From an uncultured delta proteobacterium (GTDB lineage: Bacteria; Myxococcota_A; Polyangia; Polyangiales; Houyiibacteriaceae): a stretch of DNA of 64,000 nt. The notes under the pieces were generated by a model that worked only from the letters and a program-made list of their open reading frames with translations, had not been told where the DNA came from and made no database searches. This document shows, one piece after another, positions 25,562 to 36,018 of the stretch. Numbering within the stretch: position 1 is the stretch's first letter; each line of letters starts with the position of its first letter. The position numbers and the translations under genes are program-made. Where the stretch lies: the NCBI GenBank assembly GCA_963699755.1, contig CAVOVB010000001.1:224001-288000 (forward strand), read 5' to 3'.

Positions 25562-26448
25562 CAGCTCACCGTCACGCCGCCCGCGGCGGGCTGGCTTTGG
25601 CTCGAGCCTTTCGAGAGGAGGATACCTGCGGTGACCCCACCTGCGACCGCGACCACGCTAGCGGCGACGATCCAAGGCCACTTCTTCTTCTGCTTCGCCG
25701 TGGGCTCGTCGACGGGACCCGAGTACTCAGGCATCTGAAAGACGCTTGGCGCCTTCGCTGGCACCGCTTGGGGCAGCGGTTCTGACGCGACCTCCACGGG
25801 CGACGCAGCCAAGGGTGGCGGCACCTCTCGGCTGCCCTCGATGCTAGCTCTGAACAACACCGTACCTCTCATGGTCTGAGCGCTGGCATCGCAGCCCTCG
25901 TGCGCGCCTGATTTTGGAAGTGCGAGCCTGGCGGTCGTGCCCTGGGTGGTGCGCGCAACGAGCCTGCCGTCAGGCGGGACCCGACACTGAAGGCTGACGT
26001 GGTGTACGAGGTCTTTCGGCACATGTTCGACATGGGCGATGACGAACGGTTTGCCGTTGGCGACTGTCTCTTCGACCACGAGCTCGACACCGAGCGTTCC
26101 GCCGTTCGCTTCGAGCATCTCAGTGAACGCTCTACGCACAGGAGGCGGCGCGAGTCCGCCAAGCTCATGGCTCGGACGCAAGGCGCCAACGCGCTCCAAG
26201 TCGCGCAGCATTGCGGTCTCGTTGCCCATCGCATGATGAACGAGGGCCCTCATTTCGAAGAGCAGGAGGAGTTCCTCCACTGAGAGGTCCGCGTCCCTGG
26301 CGGCGAGGTTGAAGGCGCGGAGCGCGGCCCGGAAGTCGGCATCCTCATAAGAGGCTATCCCATCGTCCAGGAGGTAGTGAGCTTTCGCCTCGGCCGAAAT
26401 CAGGGAGAGAAGACCTAAAAGTCCAATGATTGTGAGTTTGGAAGACAT
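25558..26448 (-). CDS. Secreted protein with TPR-like N-terminus and C-terminal hydrophobic segment (myxobacterial type)
   Basis: Signal peptide ending AKA; helical TPR-like GIASYEDADFRAAL; WPWIVAASVVAVAGGVTAG tail; GTGA overlap with the downstream lipoprotein gene. Confidence 0.7.
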   Translation of the reverse strand: MSSKLTIIGLLGLLSLISAEAKAHYLLDDGIASYEDADFRAALRAFNLAARDADLSVEELLLLFEMRALVHHAMGNETAMLRDLERVGALRPSHELGGLAPPPVRRAFTEMLEANGGTLGVELVVEETVANGKPFVIAHVEHVPKDLVHHVSLQCRVPPDGRLVARTTQGTTARLALPKSGAHEGCDASAQTMRGTVLFRASIEGSREVPPPLAASPVEVASEPLPQAVPAKAPSVFQMPEYSGPVDEPTAKQKKKWPWIVAASVVAVAGGVTAGILLSKGSSQSQPAAGGVTVSW

Positions 26449-26540
26449 CTGACCTAGTCCAAGTAAGCTAGCAAGAATGAAGTGCTAATCAAAACTTTCA
26501 CCCATAGCGGCTGAGCTGCGCTATAAAAGGTTGAGGAATC

Positions 26541-28238
26541 GTGAGCTTGAGTACGAACAAATCGGGGGTTCGGGACGAGCCGGAGTCGGATCTGCCGGAA
26601 GCGGTGGCGGACACGCTCCCGCCCGAGCCGGCACCGCCCGAGCGGATCGGCCGCTACGTGCTCCGCTTCGAGCTCGCCTCGGGGGGCATGGGCTCGGTCT
26701 ATCTTGCGCGGCTTGCCGGAGCCCAGGGATTCGAGAAGTTGGTCGCGCTCAAGCGAATCCACCCACACCTGGCCAAGGACAAGGCCTGCGTCGAGATGTT
26801 CCTCGACGAGGCCAAGATCGCATCCAGGATCACGCACCCGAACGTGTGCAGCGTCTTCGATTTCGGCGAGGCCGATGGAGAGTATTTCCTCGCGATGGAG
26901 TACCTCGTCGGCGAACCACTATCGCGTCTGTACACGCGAGTAGCGAAGGACCAAGACAAACGGCGCGATCCTCTCCTGCCGCTCAGAATGGCGCGCATCA
27001 TCGCGGATGCTTGCGAGGGGCTCCATGCGGCGCACCAGCTGAAGGACGCCCATGGGGATTTGCTCAACGTCGTGCATCGCGATGTCAATCCGCGAAACCT
27101 CTTCGTCACCTACGACGGAGCGGTACAAGTGGTGGACTTCGGTCTGGCTAGCGCGCGTGAACGCCTACACAAGACCGAAACCGGTGACGTGAAAGGGACC
27201 ATGGCGTACATGGCTCCGGAGCAACTGAGGACCGGCACTACTGACCGAAGGATCGATGTCTGGGGATTGGGCGCCGCCCTGTGGGAGGGCCTGGCGGTCA
27301 GACGACTATTCAAGCGCGACACCACAGCCAACACGATGTACGCGTTGCTCCATGATGAGATCTTGCCGCCCTCCGAGTATCGCCCACAGGTTCCAAAAGA
27401 GCTCGATGACATCGTTCTGAAGGCACTTGCGCGTGACCCGAATGAGCGCTGGCGATCCGCGCGAGAGATGGGTCAAGCGCTGCGTAAGTTCTTGGCAGAT
27501 CAAGAAGCCTTGATCGGTCCGCCCGAGCTTTCAGACTGGATGACCGAGCTCTTTCCCCAGGGAGAAGCGCGCAAGACTCAGCTCATGGAGCTCGCGCGGA
27601 TGGCCCACGCGCCGGTGCTTTCGATTCCGGCGACCGGCGAATTCGACGTGACGCAGACTGCGATGGGTTCCGGGCTAGTTCCGAATCTCCCAAAACGACA
27701 AAAACGGCAAGGCTTGAGGATCGCTCTGGCCGCGACTGCGCTTGTCATCGCCGCGGCGCTCGGGTTGTTTTTCGCTCGGGGCGAAGGTTCTGTGGAGAAA
27801 GCTTCGGTGCTCACGACCATGACCAACGCTGAGGCCGTTCCGGTCGACGCAGTAGAACGGGCCGCCGTCCAAGCAGCGGACGGCCAACCGGCCCCGCAGA
27901 AGATGGAACCGAGCATCGAATTGGAGGCGCAGCCCGCGGTGAGCGCCGAGCCCGAGCACGAACCGCAAGCCGAAGCGGCGAAGCCGCGCGCCAAGCAGCG
28001 CGCGCGCCCCATTCCTCGCAAGGCCCTGAAGCCCGGCACCATCAATCTCGTCACCCGTGGTGGCTGGGCAGAGGTGTTCAAAGATGGCAGGTCATTGGGC
28101 ACGACCCCAGTTCGACTCACGCTCCCTCCTGGACGCCACAGGCTCAGTTTGAAGCCATCGGGAAACGGAGCGCCAAAGCGGATCACGGTCGACGTCGAAG
28201 CTGGCAAGACCAAGCCAGTCTCGGTCAACCTGAACTAG
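26541..28238 (+). CDS. Ser/Thr protein kinase with TM helix and C-terminal PEGA-like domain
   Basis: ASGGMGSVY, VALKRI, HRDVNPRN, VDFG, YMAPE; TM segment; GWAEVFKDGRSLGTTPVRLTLPPGRH. Confidence 0.92.
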   Translation: MSLSTNKSGVRDEPESDLPEAVADTLPPEPAPPERIGRYVLRFELASGGMGSVYLARLAGAQGFEKLVALKRIHPHLAKDKACVEMFLDEAKIASRITHPNVCSVFDFGEADGEYFLAMEYLVGEPLSRLYTRVAKDQDKRRDPLLPLRMARIIADACEGLHAAHQLKDAHGDLLNVVHRDVNPRNLFVTYDGAVQVVDFGLASARERLHKTETGDVKGTMAYMAPEQLRTGTTDRRIDVWGLGAALWEGLAVRRLFKRDTTANTMYALLHDEILPPSEYRPQVPKELDDIVLKALARDPNERWRSAREMGQALRKFLADQEALIGPPELSDWMTELFPQGEARKTQLMELARMAHAPVLSIPATGEFDVTQTAMGSGLVPNLPKRQKRQGLRIALAATALVIAAALGLFFARGEGSVEKASVLTTMTNAEAVPVDAVERAAVQAADGQPAPQKMEPSIELEAQPAVSAEPEHEPQAEAAKPRAKQRARPIPRKALKPGTINLVTRGGWAEVFKDGRSLGTTPVRLTLPPGRHRLSLKPSGNGAPKRITVDVEAGKTKPVSVNLN

Positions 28239-28306
28239 GCCGCCTGATCGCGCTTGACCTTCGGTTCCAGATCGCGCTCTGATGGCGCTTCAGAACGGAG
28301 GTTACG

Positions 28307-29605
28307 ATGGACCAACTCCAACGCCGCGTGCTCCCCGCGGTCTTTTCGGTTTGCGCTTGCTGGGCCGTCTCCACGAGCCATGCATATGCGGCGCCGCCCT
28401 TCACACTGGTCGCCACCGGGTTCGATTTGCAGCAATCGGCGCGGCCAGCGCTTGCCGATGACGGCACTGTCGTTGCCGCCGAGCCGGAGGGTCTAGTCCT
28501 CGGGGACGGCGTCACCGTGGGCTTCATCGATCTTGCTCCCTCGGGCTTGATGTTCAGCCCATCCAACAAGAGCGTGCGACCGGTGCAAGTTCGAAGCGCA
28601 GGGGACATCGTCTTCGCCGCAGACCGTTTTGCAGCGACAGGATGTGCACCCTACGGCGCACGCGGCGTGTATCGCACCGACACCGGAGGGAGCCCGCCCG
28701 CCACCCTCTTCGAAGAATGCATCGAGGGTCCGTCCGTCGGCGAGAAAGTTGGCCCGCATGTGAGCATGTCCCCAAACGGCACGGTAGCGTTCAGCTCTAT
28801 CGTCTCGAGCGCGGGCGCGATTCACCGCGGTCCGGTGGCTGGTCCGGTTTCCCTTCTGCGATCCGGATCGGGGACGTTCTACAACACAGGTGAGATCGGG
28901 GTGAACGATTCCGGCCAAGTCGCGGTTCAAATGGAGTACGGCGACCCGTTCGGGGGCCTGAAGCGCGGCATTCTGATCTTCGAGCTTGTGGAACAGGCGC
29001 TTACCGAAATCGACACCGCCCTCGAACGAGTCACGATTCAACCCTCGATCGCCATCAACTCGGCGGGTGAGGTTGCGTTTTCGAGCAACTTCGACTTCAG
29101 CATGGACATCGATGGCACCTTGTACTCGTATACCAAAGGGGTCTACGTCTCGGATCCGACGCTCTTCAACACCGAGAAGATGCTGACGCAGATCGCGGAT
29201 GCCGCCGGGGGCTACTGCGGCTTCGGCCGGGTCGACATCAACGATGCAGGCACGGTGGTATTCGAAGCGCAGCTAGTCGGCGGACTATCCGCTTGTACGC
29301 CGGACCCCAACGCGATCTATGACGGCATCTTCATGGGGAGCGACCCGGTCAACGATCGTATCGCAACCTTCAATGACGCCGCCCTCGAAGCCCATCGGTA
29401 CTTCGACGAGATCCGACTCGGCGAAATCAACAACAGCGATCAGGTGTCGTTCTTGACCACGTACAGCGAGCCACTCGTCGAGCCGACCTACATCTGGCGG
29501 GCCGAGCTCAGCGAGGTGCGAAACGAGCGCTTCATCGAAGGGCTCATCCGGCGTTGGCGCAATCTCATCCGCCGACTGCTCGAACGCTGGGGCTTGTTTC
29601 CGTAG
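28307..29605 (+). CDS. Secreted repeat protein (NxxGxVAF-type repeats, probable beta-propeller)
   Basis: Signal peptide ending AYA; repeats SPNGTVAF, VNDSGQVAV, INSAGEVAF, INDAGTVVF, INNSDQVSF. Confidence 0.7.
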   Translation: MDQLQRRVLPAVFSVCACWAVSTSHAYAAPPFTLVATGFDLQQSARPALADDGTVVAAEPEGLVLGDGVTVGFIDLAPSGLMFSPSNKSVRPVQVRSAGDIVFAADRFAATGCAPYGARGVYRTDTGGSPPATLFEECIEGPSVGEKVGPHVSMSPNGTVAFSSIVSSAGAIHRGPVAGPVSLLRSGSGTFYNTGEIGVNDSGQVAVQMEYGDPFGGLKRGILIFELVEQALTEIDTALERVTIQPSIAINSAGEVAFSSNFDFSMDIDGTLYSYTKGVYVSDPTLFNTEKMLTQIADAAGGYCGFGRVDINDAGTVVFEAQLVGGLSACTPDPNAIYDGIFMGSDPVNDRIATFNDAALEAHRYFDEIRLGEINNSDQVSFLTTYSEPLVEPTYIWRAELSEVRNERFIEGLIRRWRNLIRRLLERWGLFP

Positions 29606-29682
29606 GGGCCCGCTCGACCAACGCCAATCGCCTGGACGAAAACAGCGCCGGCGCGTACTGTTTTCTCTTGGAGGTATCGCCG

Positions 29683-32631
29683 ATGGGCGTACGTGGTTTC
29701 TCGGGAATGCTTGCCATTGTCGTCGCCGTGCTTGGCTTCGCCGCGGACGCGCGGGCGGAGCTTCCCGACTACACGCTTTTCGAAGCCGACCAGGTGCGAC
29801 CGCTCGCCATGTCGCCCGACGGCACGCGCCTCTTTGCGGTCAATACGCCAAACGCGCAGCTCGAGATTTACGACCTCGAGGCTACGGGCCTGACTTTGCT
29901 CGAGACGGTGCCGGTCGGCCTGGAACCCGTCGCGGTCGCTGCTAGACGCGACGGCGAGGTCTGGGTGGTCAATCACCTTTCAGACAGTATTTCGATCGTC
30001 GACGTTGCGGTGAGCCCGCCGCGCGTCGTGCGCACCCTGCTCGTCGGTGATGAGCCGCGTGACATCGTCTTCGCCGGCCCCGGCGGCAATCGAGCGTTCA
30101 TCACCGCCGCGCACCGCGGTCAGAACAGTCCCTATCCGCAGGGTGAGTACGACGTCGAAGGCACTGGCCGCGCCGATGTTTGGGTCTTCGATGCCAACTC
30201 GCTCGGCACCTCGCTTGGGGGCGACCCTTTGACGATCCTGGGGCTCTTCGGCGATCGCCCGCGCGCTCTTGCCGCGTCGCCCGACGGTTCCACAGTCTTC
30301 GCCGCAGTCTTTCGCTCGGGCAATCAAACCATGACACTCGGAGAGCCCGTGGTCTGCGATACCGATCAGACCGATGATCCTTGTATCGTCGAGGGCGTCG
30401 TCTATCCCGGAGGTCTCCCATCGCCGAAAACCAACGCCGCTGGCACGCAGAGCCGCGAAGCAGGGCTCCTGGTGGGCTGGAACGCGGCAACGGAGCAATG
30501 GGAAGACGAGCTCGCGCGTGACTGGAGCAACGGCGTCCGCTTCACGTTGCCAGACGTCGACGTGTTCGAAATCGATGCGGACGCGTCGATGCCAGTCCAG
30601 ATCGGTTCGGCGTCAGGGGTCGGGACCATTCTCTTCAACATGATCGTCAACCCACAGACTGGCGACCTCTACGTCACGAACACCGAAGCGATCAACCGCA
30701 TTCGCTTCGAAGGCCTTGGCGACTGGGTCAGCGAGCTTGGCCCCAAGGCATCCGGCGATCCGGCATCAGTCCGCGGCCACTTGCACGAAGCGCGTGTCAC
30801 CATCATTAAGGGCTCCGTCGCTGTGATTCCTCGACACTTGAACAAGCACATCGACTACACAGCCCGGCCGCAGCCTCCGGAAACCAAAGAAAAGAGCGTC
30901 TCGACGCCTCTGGAGATGGCGATCAGCGCTGATGGCAGCACTCTGTATGTCGCCGGGTTCGGCTCGAGCGCGATCGGCGTGTACGAGACGGCGTCGCTCG
31001 AAGCCGACACGTTCACGCCCGACGCAGCAAACATGATCTCCCTGCCCCGGGGAGGCCCCAGCGGTTTGGTGCTCGACGAGGCCCGTGAGCGCCTGTACGT
31101 CATGACCCGTTTCGAAAACACCATCGTCGTAGTCGACACCGAGACCCGCGGCGTCGTGCAGACCGTCGAGATGAAGAACCCCGAGCCCTCATCGATTGTC
31201 GAAGGGCGCCCTTTTCTCTACGACGCAAAGCTCACTGGCAGCAACGGCGAAGCCTCGTGTGCGAGCTGTCACGTGTTTGGCGACATGGATGACCTCGCCT
31301 GGGACCTCGGTGACCCGGATGGCGTTCCCGCCCCCAACAACAACCCCTTGCCGCCGACCGACGAGTTCCCGTTGATCGGCTTGCTGCCGGCACTTCAGGA
31401 TTTTGATCCCCTGAAGGGTCCGATGACGACCCAGAGCCTTCGCGGGATGGCCAATTCCGGACCCCTGCACTGGCGCGGCGATCGAACTGGCCCCGAGTGT
31501 AGCCCTATCCCTTCGGACCCAGCGTGCTCAGAACGTGGGTTCAACGAATTCAACGTAGCCTTCCCGGGCCTCGTCGGGCGGGACGAAGGCGAGCTCGACG
31601 AACAAGACATGCAAGCCTTCACCGACTTCGCGCTTCAAATCACCTATCCGCCGAATCCGATCCGGCAACTCGACAACTCGCTGCGTCCCCAAGAACAGGC
31701 CGGGCACGATCTGTATTTCGGCCGCATCACCGATACCGTCGCCAATTGCAGTGGCTGCCACGTGCTGGACCGGGAGCTCGGTTTCTTCGGCACGAGCGGC
31801 GGCTCCACGTTCGAAGGCGAGGTGATGGAGTTCAAGGTCGCGCACCTTCGCAACGCCTATCAGAAGGTCGGCATGTTCGGGATGGCTCCCTCGCCGTTCT
31901 TCACCGGCGCAGAAACTGCCTTCACGGGCGATCAGATACGCGGTTCGGGCTTCCTCCATGACGGAAGTGTTCCAAGAATCACTGACTTCCTGAGCGCGAA
32001 CGTGTTCAACAACCTGACGGCGACAGAGCGCGAGAACCTCGAAGCGCTGGTCATGGCTTTCGACACCAACCTCGCACCCATCGTCGGCCAGCAGGTGACC
32101 CTCAGGACCGAGAGTGAGGCCGACACCCTGGCGCGGGTCGACCTCCTGATCGAGCGTGCCGGTACACCCTTCGTGATTCCAAACGAGGATATGGCGACCG
32201 AATGTGATCTGGTGGTGGCTGGCGTGGTCGATGGCGAGGCGGAGACTTGGCTACGACGGTCGGATGGCTCCTTCGAGAGCGCGAATGGCTTCATATCCCA
32301 AGAGAGTCTCCTCGCCCTGACCGATGTTCCGGGCCAGGCGCTTACGTTTACCTGTACGCCTCCGGGCTCAGGTCCGCGCATGGCCGGCTTGGTTTCAGAC
32401 GGCACGGGCGGAACAGGTGGCTCGGGCGGAGCGGGCGGAGCGGGCGGGGGCGACGGCAGCGGCTCGGGCGGCTCCGATGGCTCCGGTGGAACGACTGCGG
32501 GCGATCAGGGCGGCTGCAGCTGCACGGTCGACGCGAGCCCGCGCGAGGGAGTGTCGGGCGGATTGCTCGGAGCGTTGACCCTACTCGGCCTCTCGATGAT
32601 GCGGCGCCGGCGAATCAGGGTTTGTACTTGA
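29683..32631 (+). CDS. YVTN/YncE-like beta-propeller plus diheme cytochrome c, with MYXO-CTERM-like anchor
   Basis: VPVGLEP..VWVVNHLSDSISIVD; heme motifs CASCH (31258) and CSGCH (31747); Gly-rich linker, GGCSC, TM, RRRR. Start ATG 29683 after GGAGG. Confidence 0.85.
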   Translation: MGVRGFSGMLAIVVAVLGFAADARAELPDYTLFEADQVRPLAMSPDGTRLFAVNTPNAQLEIYDLEATGLTLLETVPVGLEPVAVAARRDGEVWVVNHLSDSISIVDVAVSPPRVVRTLLVGDEPRDIVFAGPGGNRAFITAAHRGQNSPYPQGEYDVEGTGRADVWVFDANSLGTSLGGDPLTILGLFGDRPRALAASPDGSTVFAAVFRSGNQTMTLGEPVVCDTDQTDDPCIVEGVVYPGGLPSPKTNAAGTQSREAGLLVGWNAATEQWEDELARDWSNGVRFTLPDVDVFEIDADASMPVQIGSASGVGTILFNMIVNPQTGDLYVTNTEAINRIRFEGLGDWVSELGPKASGDPASVRGHLHEARVTIIKGSVAVIPRHLNKHIDYTARPQPPETKEKSVSTPLEMAISADGSTLYVAGFGSSAIGVYETASLEADTFTPDAANMISLPRGGPSGLVLDEARERLYVMTRFENTIVVVDTETRGVVQTVEMKNPEPSSIVEGRPFLYDAKLTGSNGEASCASCHVFGDMDDLAWDLGDPDGVPAPNNNPLPPTDEFPLIGLLPALQDFDPLKGPMTTQSLRGMANSGPLHWRGDRTGPECSPIPSDPACSERGFNEFNVAFPGLVGRDEGELDEQDMQAFTDFALQITYPPNPIRQLDNSLRPQEQAGHDLYFGRITDTVANCSGCHVLDRELGFFGTSGGSTFEGEVMEFKVAHLRNAYQKVGMFGMAPSPFFTGAETAFTGDQIRGSGFLHDGSVPRITDFLSANVFNNLTATERENLEALVMAFDTNLAPIVGQQVTLRTESEADTLARVDLLIERAGTPFVIPNEDMATECDLVVAGVVDGEAETWLRRSDGSFESANGFISQESLLALTDVPGQALTFTCTPPGSGPRMAGLVSDGTGGTGGSGGAGGAGGGDGSGSGGSDGSGGTTAGDQGGCSCTVDASPREGVSGGLLGALTLLGLSMMRRRRIRVCT

Positions 32632-34051
32632 TCGCCATGTCGATCAGTCGGTCCTGCTTGCCGGTATATGGCGGGTAGAACCAGTGCAGGAACGACAACC
32701 ACGGGTTGGTGAAGACCGGGCGCATCTTGCTGAACTCCACGAAGCCGTCGAAGCCATGGTAGTGCCCCATGCCGCTCGCCCCAACGCCGCCAAATGGCAA
32801 GTCGTGCTGCGCAATGTGCATGATGCAGTTGTTGATGGTGACCCCGCCGGAGATCGTGCTGTAGATGAGCTTGTCCTTCCGTGCGCGGCTCTTGGTAAAT
32901 ACATAGAAACCGAGTGGCCGGTCCCTGACCGTGATGTACTCGATGACCTCGTCGAGGTCTTGATAGGTCATGATCGGGAAGAGAGGACCGAAGATTTCCT
33001 CCTGCATGATGATCATGTCGTCGTCTACGTTGAGCACGAGATGGGGCGGAATTTTGCGGAGGACGTCGTTGAACGATGCGCCATGCACCAGCGGCACGAG
33101 CTTCGCGCCCTTTGCCTCGGCATCTTCGAGCGTCATGCGAAGGCGCCGGTACGCCTTATCATCGATGACCGACGTGTAGCTCACATCGCTCGGGTCCGGA
33201 TAGCGTTCGGCTACCAGGCGCTGAGCTGCAGCCACGAATCGTTCTTCGGCACCCTCGGGAAGGAAGAGGTAGTCCGGTGCCAGGCAGGTCTGCCCGGCGT
33301 TGACGAGCTTTGCGTACATGATCCGCGAAGCGGCTTCGTCGATGTCGAAATCGTCACAGACGATCGTCGGTGACTTGCCACCGAGCTCGAGGGTGACAGG
33401 GGTCAGGTTGTCGGCTGCGGATCGCATGACCGTGCGGCCGACGTCCGCCGAGCCGGTGAAGATGATGTGGTCGTAGGGCAGGGTGGAGAAGTCTCCTGCA
33501 CGCACGCCGGGCAGAATCGCAACGACGTCCTCGGGGAAGACCTCAGCGAACTTGTCGGCGAGCAGGCGGCACAGGTTCTGCGAGTTGCTGGCCATCTTGA
33601 TCATGGCGCGGTTGCCGGCCGCCAAGACACTGACCAGCGGGCTCAGTGTGAGGAAGAGCGGGTAGTTCCAGGGCGAGACGATGCCCACCACGCCCTTGGG
33701 TTGCGGGATGACTCGATTCGAGCCGGTGGCGAAGAGCACCGAGACCTGACGGCGTTGCGGCTTCATCCACTTGCGAAGCTTCTTCACTGTATGACGGATC
33801 CCGTCCACGACCGGGAAGATCTCGAGGATCTTCGACTCTTCGGCGCTCCGATGCCCGAAGTCTTGGGCAATGGCCTCGACGATCGCATCGCGGTTCTCCA
33901 CCAGGATTCGCTCGAGGGCGCGGAGCCGCTCCTTGCGCACCTCGAGGCTCGGATACGGATCGCGCAAATACGCTTCGCGCTGCAGCTTGAAGATGCGTTG
34001 CGCCTCGTTTTCGACGGTTTCGATGGAGCGGAGTTGAGCGGTTTGGGCCAT
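32615..34051 (-). CDS. Aldehyde dehydrogenase, coniferyl-aldehyde/ALDH3 (fatty aldehyde) type
   Basis: SPWNYP, FTGS, LELGGKSP, NAGQTCLAPDY, EEIFGP, LPFGGVGASGMGHYHG. Confidence 0.9.
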   Translation of the reverse strand: MAQTAQLRSIETVENEAQRIFKLQREAYLRDPYPSLEVRKERLRALERILVENRDAIVEAIAQDFGHRSAEESKILEIFPVVDGIRHTVKKLRKWMKPQRRQVSVLFATGSNRVIPQPKGVVGIVSPWNYPLFLTLSPLVSVLAAGNRAMIKMASNSQNLCRLLADKFAEVFPEDVVAILPGVRAGDFSTLPYDHIIFTGSADVGRTVMRSAADNLTPVTLELGGKSPTIVCDDFDIDEAASRIMYAKLVNAGQTCLAPDYLFLPEGAEERFVAAAQRLVAERYPDPSDVSYTSVIDDKAYRRLRMTLEDAEAKGAKLVPLVHGASFNDVLRKIPPHLVLNVDDDMIIMQEEIFGPLFPIMTYQDLDEVIEYITVRDRPLGFYVFTKSRARKDKLIYSTISGGVTINNCIMHIAQHDLPFGGVGASGMGHYHGFDGFVEFSKMRPVFTNPWLSFLHWFYPPYTGKQDRLIDMAIKYKP

Positions 34052-34116
34052 AGCCGCCTAGTTGTAGCGTCACCGTGCAGCAGACCGCAAGCCCGACTTT
34101 CACAGGCCAGGGCCTA

Positions 34117-36018
34117 CTATTGCCCGGCGCCCTTGGACTCGAGCTCGACCCAACGCGCCATCATTCGGTCGATCTCCTCTCGAAGCTCCCCTTGGCGAGC
34201 CACGATGGCAGGGACCTCCTCGGCGCGCTGGGCGTAGAGTGCCGGGTCGCTGAGGAGCGTGTCGACCTCTGCGGCCTCCGTTTCGGCGTGCTCAATGCGG
34301 CCCATGAGCTCCTGAAGCTCCTTCTTCTCTTTGAACGAAAGCTTCTGCCCGTTCGCGGTCGCGCTGCCCTTTGGCGTCTGGGGGCTCTTGCCCGTGCTCC
34401 GCTTGCTCTGGGCCTGGCGCGTGGCTCGCTGATCGCGATAGTCGCTGTAGTTGCCGACATAGGCGACGACCCGGCCATCGCCTTCGAACGCGAGGATCTT
34501 CGTGGCGACCCGATCGAGGAAGTAGCGATCGTGGCTGACGATGAGCGCGGTCGAGTCGGATCGCACGAGCATCTCCTCGAGCGCTGCAAGGGTGGCAACG
34601 TCGAGGTCGTTGGTCGGCTCGTCGAGGACGAGCACATTCGCCGGTGCCAAGAGCAACTTGGCCAAAGCCACACGCGCTCGCTCGCCTCCGGAAAGCGATG
34701 ACACCTTGTCCCGGATGCGATGCGGAGCGAAGAGGAAGCGCTTCAGATAGCTTCGAATGTCGATGGAGCGCCCCTGGAAACTGACTTGGGGCCGATCGGG
34801 CGCAACGCTTTGTTGGATGGATTCGTCCTCGCTCAAGCCGCTTCGACCTTGATCGAAGTAGGCGAGCCTCGTGTTGGCGCCGACGACCACGCTGCCCCGA
34901 GTCGGCTCGAGCTCCCCTAGAAGCACGCGAAGCAAGGTCGTCTTGCCCGCACCGTTCGGGCCAACGATGCCGAGGCGATCCCCCCGTGACACGATCAAGT
35001 CCAGCGAATCGACCAGCTCGTGCGGGCCGAGGCGCACCCCAAGGCCGTGTGCTTCGACGACGGTCCCGCCAAGACGTCGTGTCTGGGCCGCGAAGCGCGC
35101 CACTTGCTCGGCTTTGGGACCGGCTTCATCGCGGAGCGCTTCTACGCGATCGACGCGCGCTTTGGATTTGCTCGTGCGGGCCTTGGGAGAACGGCGGAGC
35201 CATTCGAGCTCGGTTCGCAAGAGGTTCTGACGGTTGGCTTCGGCGCGCTCGGCGTGCGCCAGTCGGTCGGCCTTGGCTTCCAAGTACCTGTGCCAGCCGC
35301 CCTCATAGCTGAAGACCTTGCCCTGATCGACTTCGAGTGTTCGGTTCGCCACCCGATCGAGGACATAGCGGTCATGCGTAATCAGTATGAGCGCGCCGCG
35401 ATATTGCTCACGCAGATAGGTTTCGAGCCATTCGATGGTGTCGGCGTCGAGATGGTTGGTCGGCTCGTCGAGAATTGCCAAAGTCGGTTCCTCGACCAGG
35501 ACTCGCGCAAGCGCCACGCGCCGCTGCTCGCCACCACTCATCTCATCGACGTTGCGATCGATGTCCCGAAGCCCGAGTTGCTGTAGGAGCACGTCCACGC
35601 GATGGCTATTCTCCCAACCTCCGAGCCGCTCGACTTCGTGGGCAGCCGCCGCCTGTGGCTCGGTGTGCGCTTCCCATCCCAGTCCTTGCGCGGCGATCAA
35701 CCGGCTGAGCTCTTCGTGTCGCTCGAACGCCTCGGCCCAGGCGCCGAGCCCTTCGAGCACGACCTCTCGCGCACTGCGACCCGCTGGCAAGCTCGGTTCC
35801 TGGGGCAAGTAGCGAATCTTCGCTTCGCGCTGACGCGCTACGCGCCCCTCGTCAGGTTGGTCTTCGCCCACTAAGATGCGAGCCAGGGTCGACTTGCCCG
35901 CGCCGTTGTTGCCGACGAGGCCTATCCGCTCACCTTCGTGAATCGACACGTCCACACCATCGAGGAGCCGCGTCTCGCCGTACGCTTTGCTGAGGCCCTC
36001 AGCAACCAAGATAGGCAC
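34117..36018 (-). CDS. uup: ABC-F family ATPase, Uup-like
   Basis: Two NBDs (GNNGAGKST, GPNGAGKTT; DEPTN twice), no TM, linker ELEWLRRSPKAR, C-terminal KLSFKEKKEL coiled coil. Confidence 0.85.
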   Translation of the reverse strand: MPILVAEGLSKAYGETRLLDGVDVSIHEGERIGLVGNNGAGKSTLARILVGEDQPDEGRVARQREAKIRYLPQEPSLPAGRSAREVVLEGLGAWAEAFERHEELSRLIAAQGLGWEAHTEPQAAAAHEVERLGGWENSHRVDVLLQQLGLRDIDRNVDEMSGGEQRRVALARVLVEEPTLAILDEPTNHLDADTIEWLETYLREQYRGALILITHDRYVLDRVANRTLEVDQGKVFSYEGGWHRYLEAKADRLAHAERAEANRQNLLRTELEWLRRSPKARTSKSKARVDRVEALRDEAGPKAEQVARFAAQTRRLGGTVVEAHGLGVRLGPHELVDSLDLIVSRGDRLGIVGPNGAGKTTLLRVLLGELEPTRGSVVVGANTRLAYFDQGRSGLSEDESIQQSVAPDRPQVSFQGRSIDIRSYLKRFLFAPHRIRDKVSSLSGGERARVALAKLLLAPANVLVLDEPTNDLDVATLAALEEMLVRSDSTALIVSHDRYFLDRVATKILAFEGDGRVVAYVGNYSDYRDQRATRQAQSKRSTGKSPQTPKGSATANGQKLSFKEKKELQELMGRIEHAETEAAEVDTLLSDPALYAQRAEEVPAIVARQGELREEIDRMMARWVELESKGAGQ

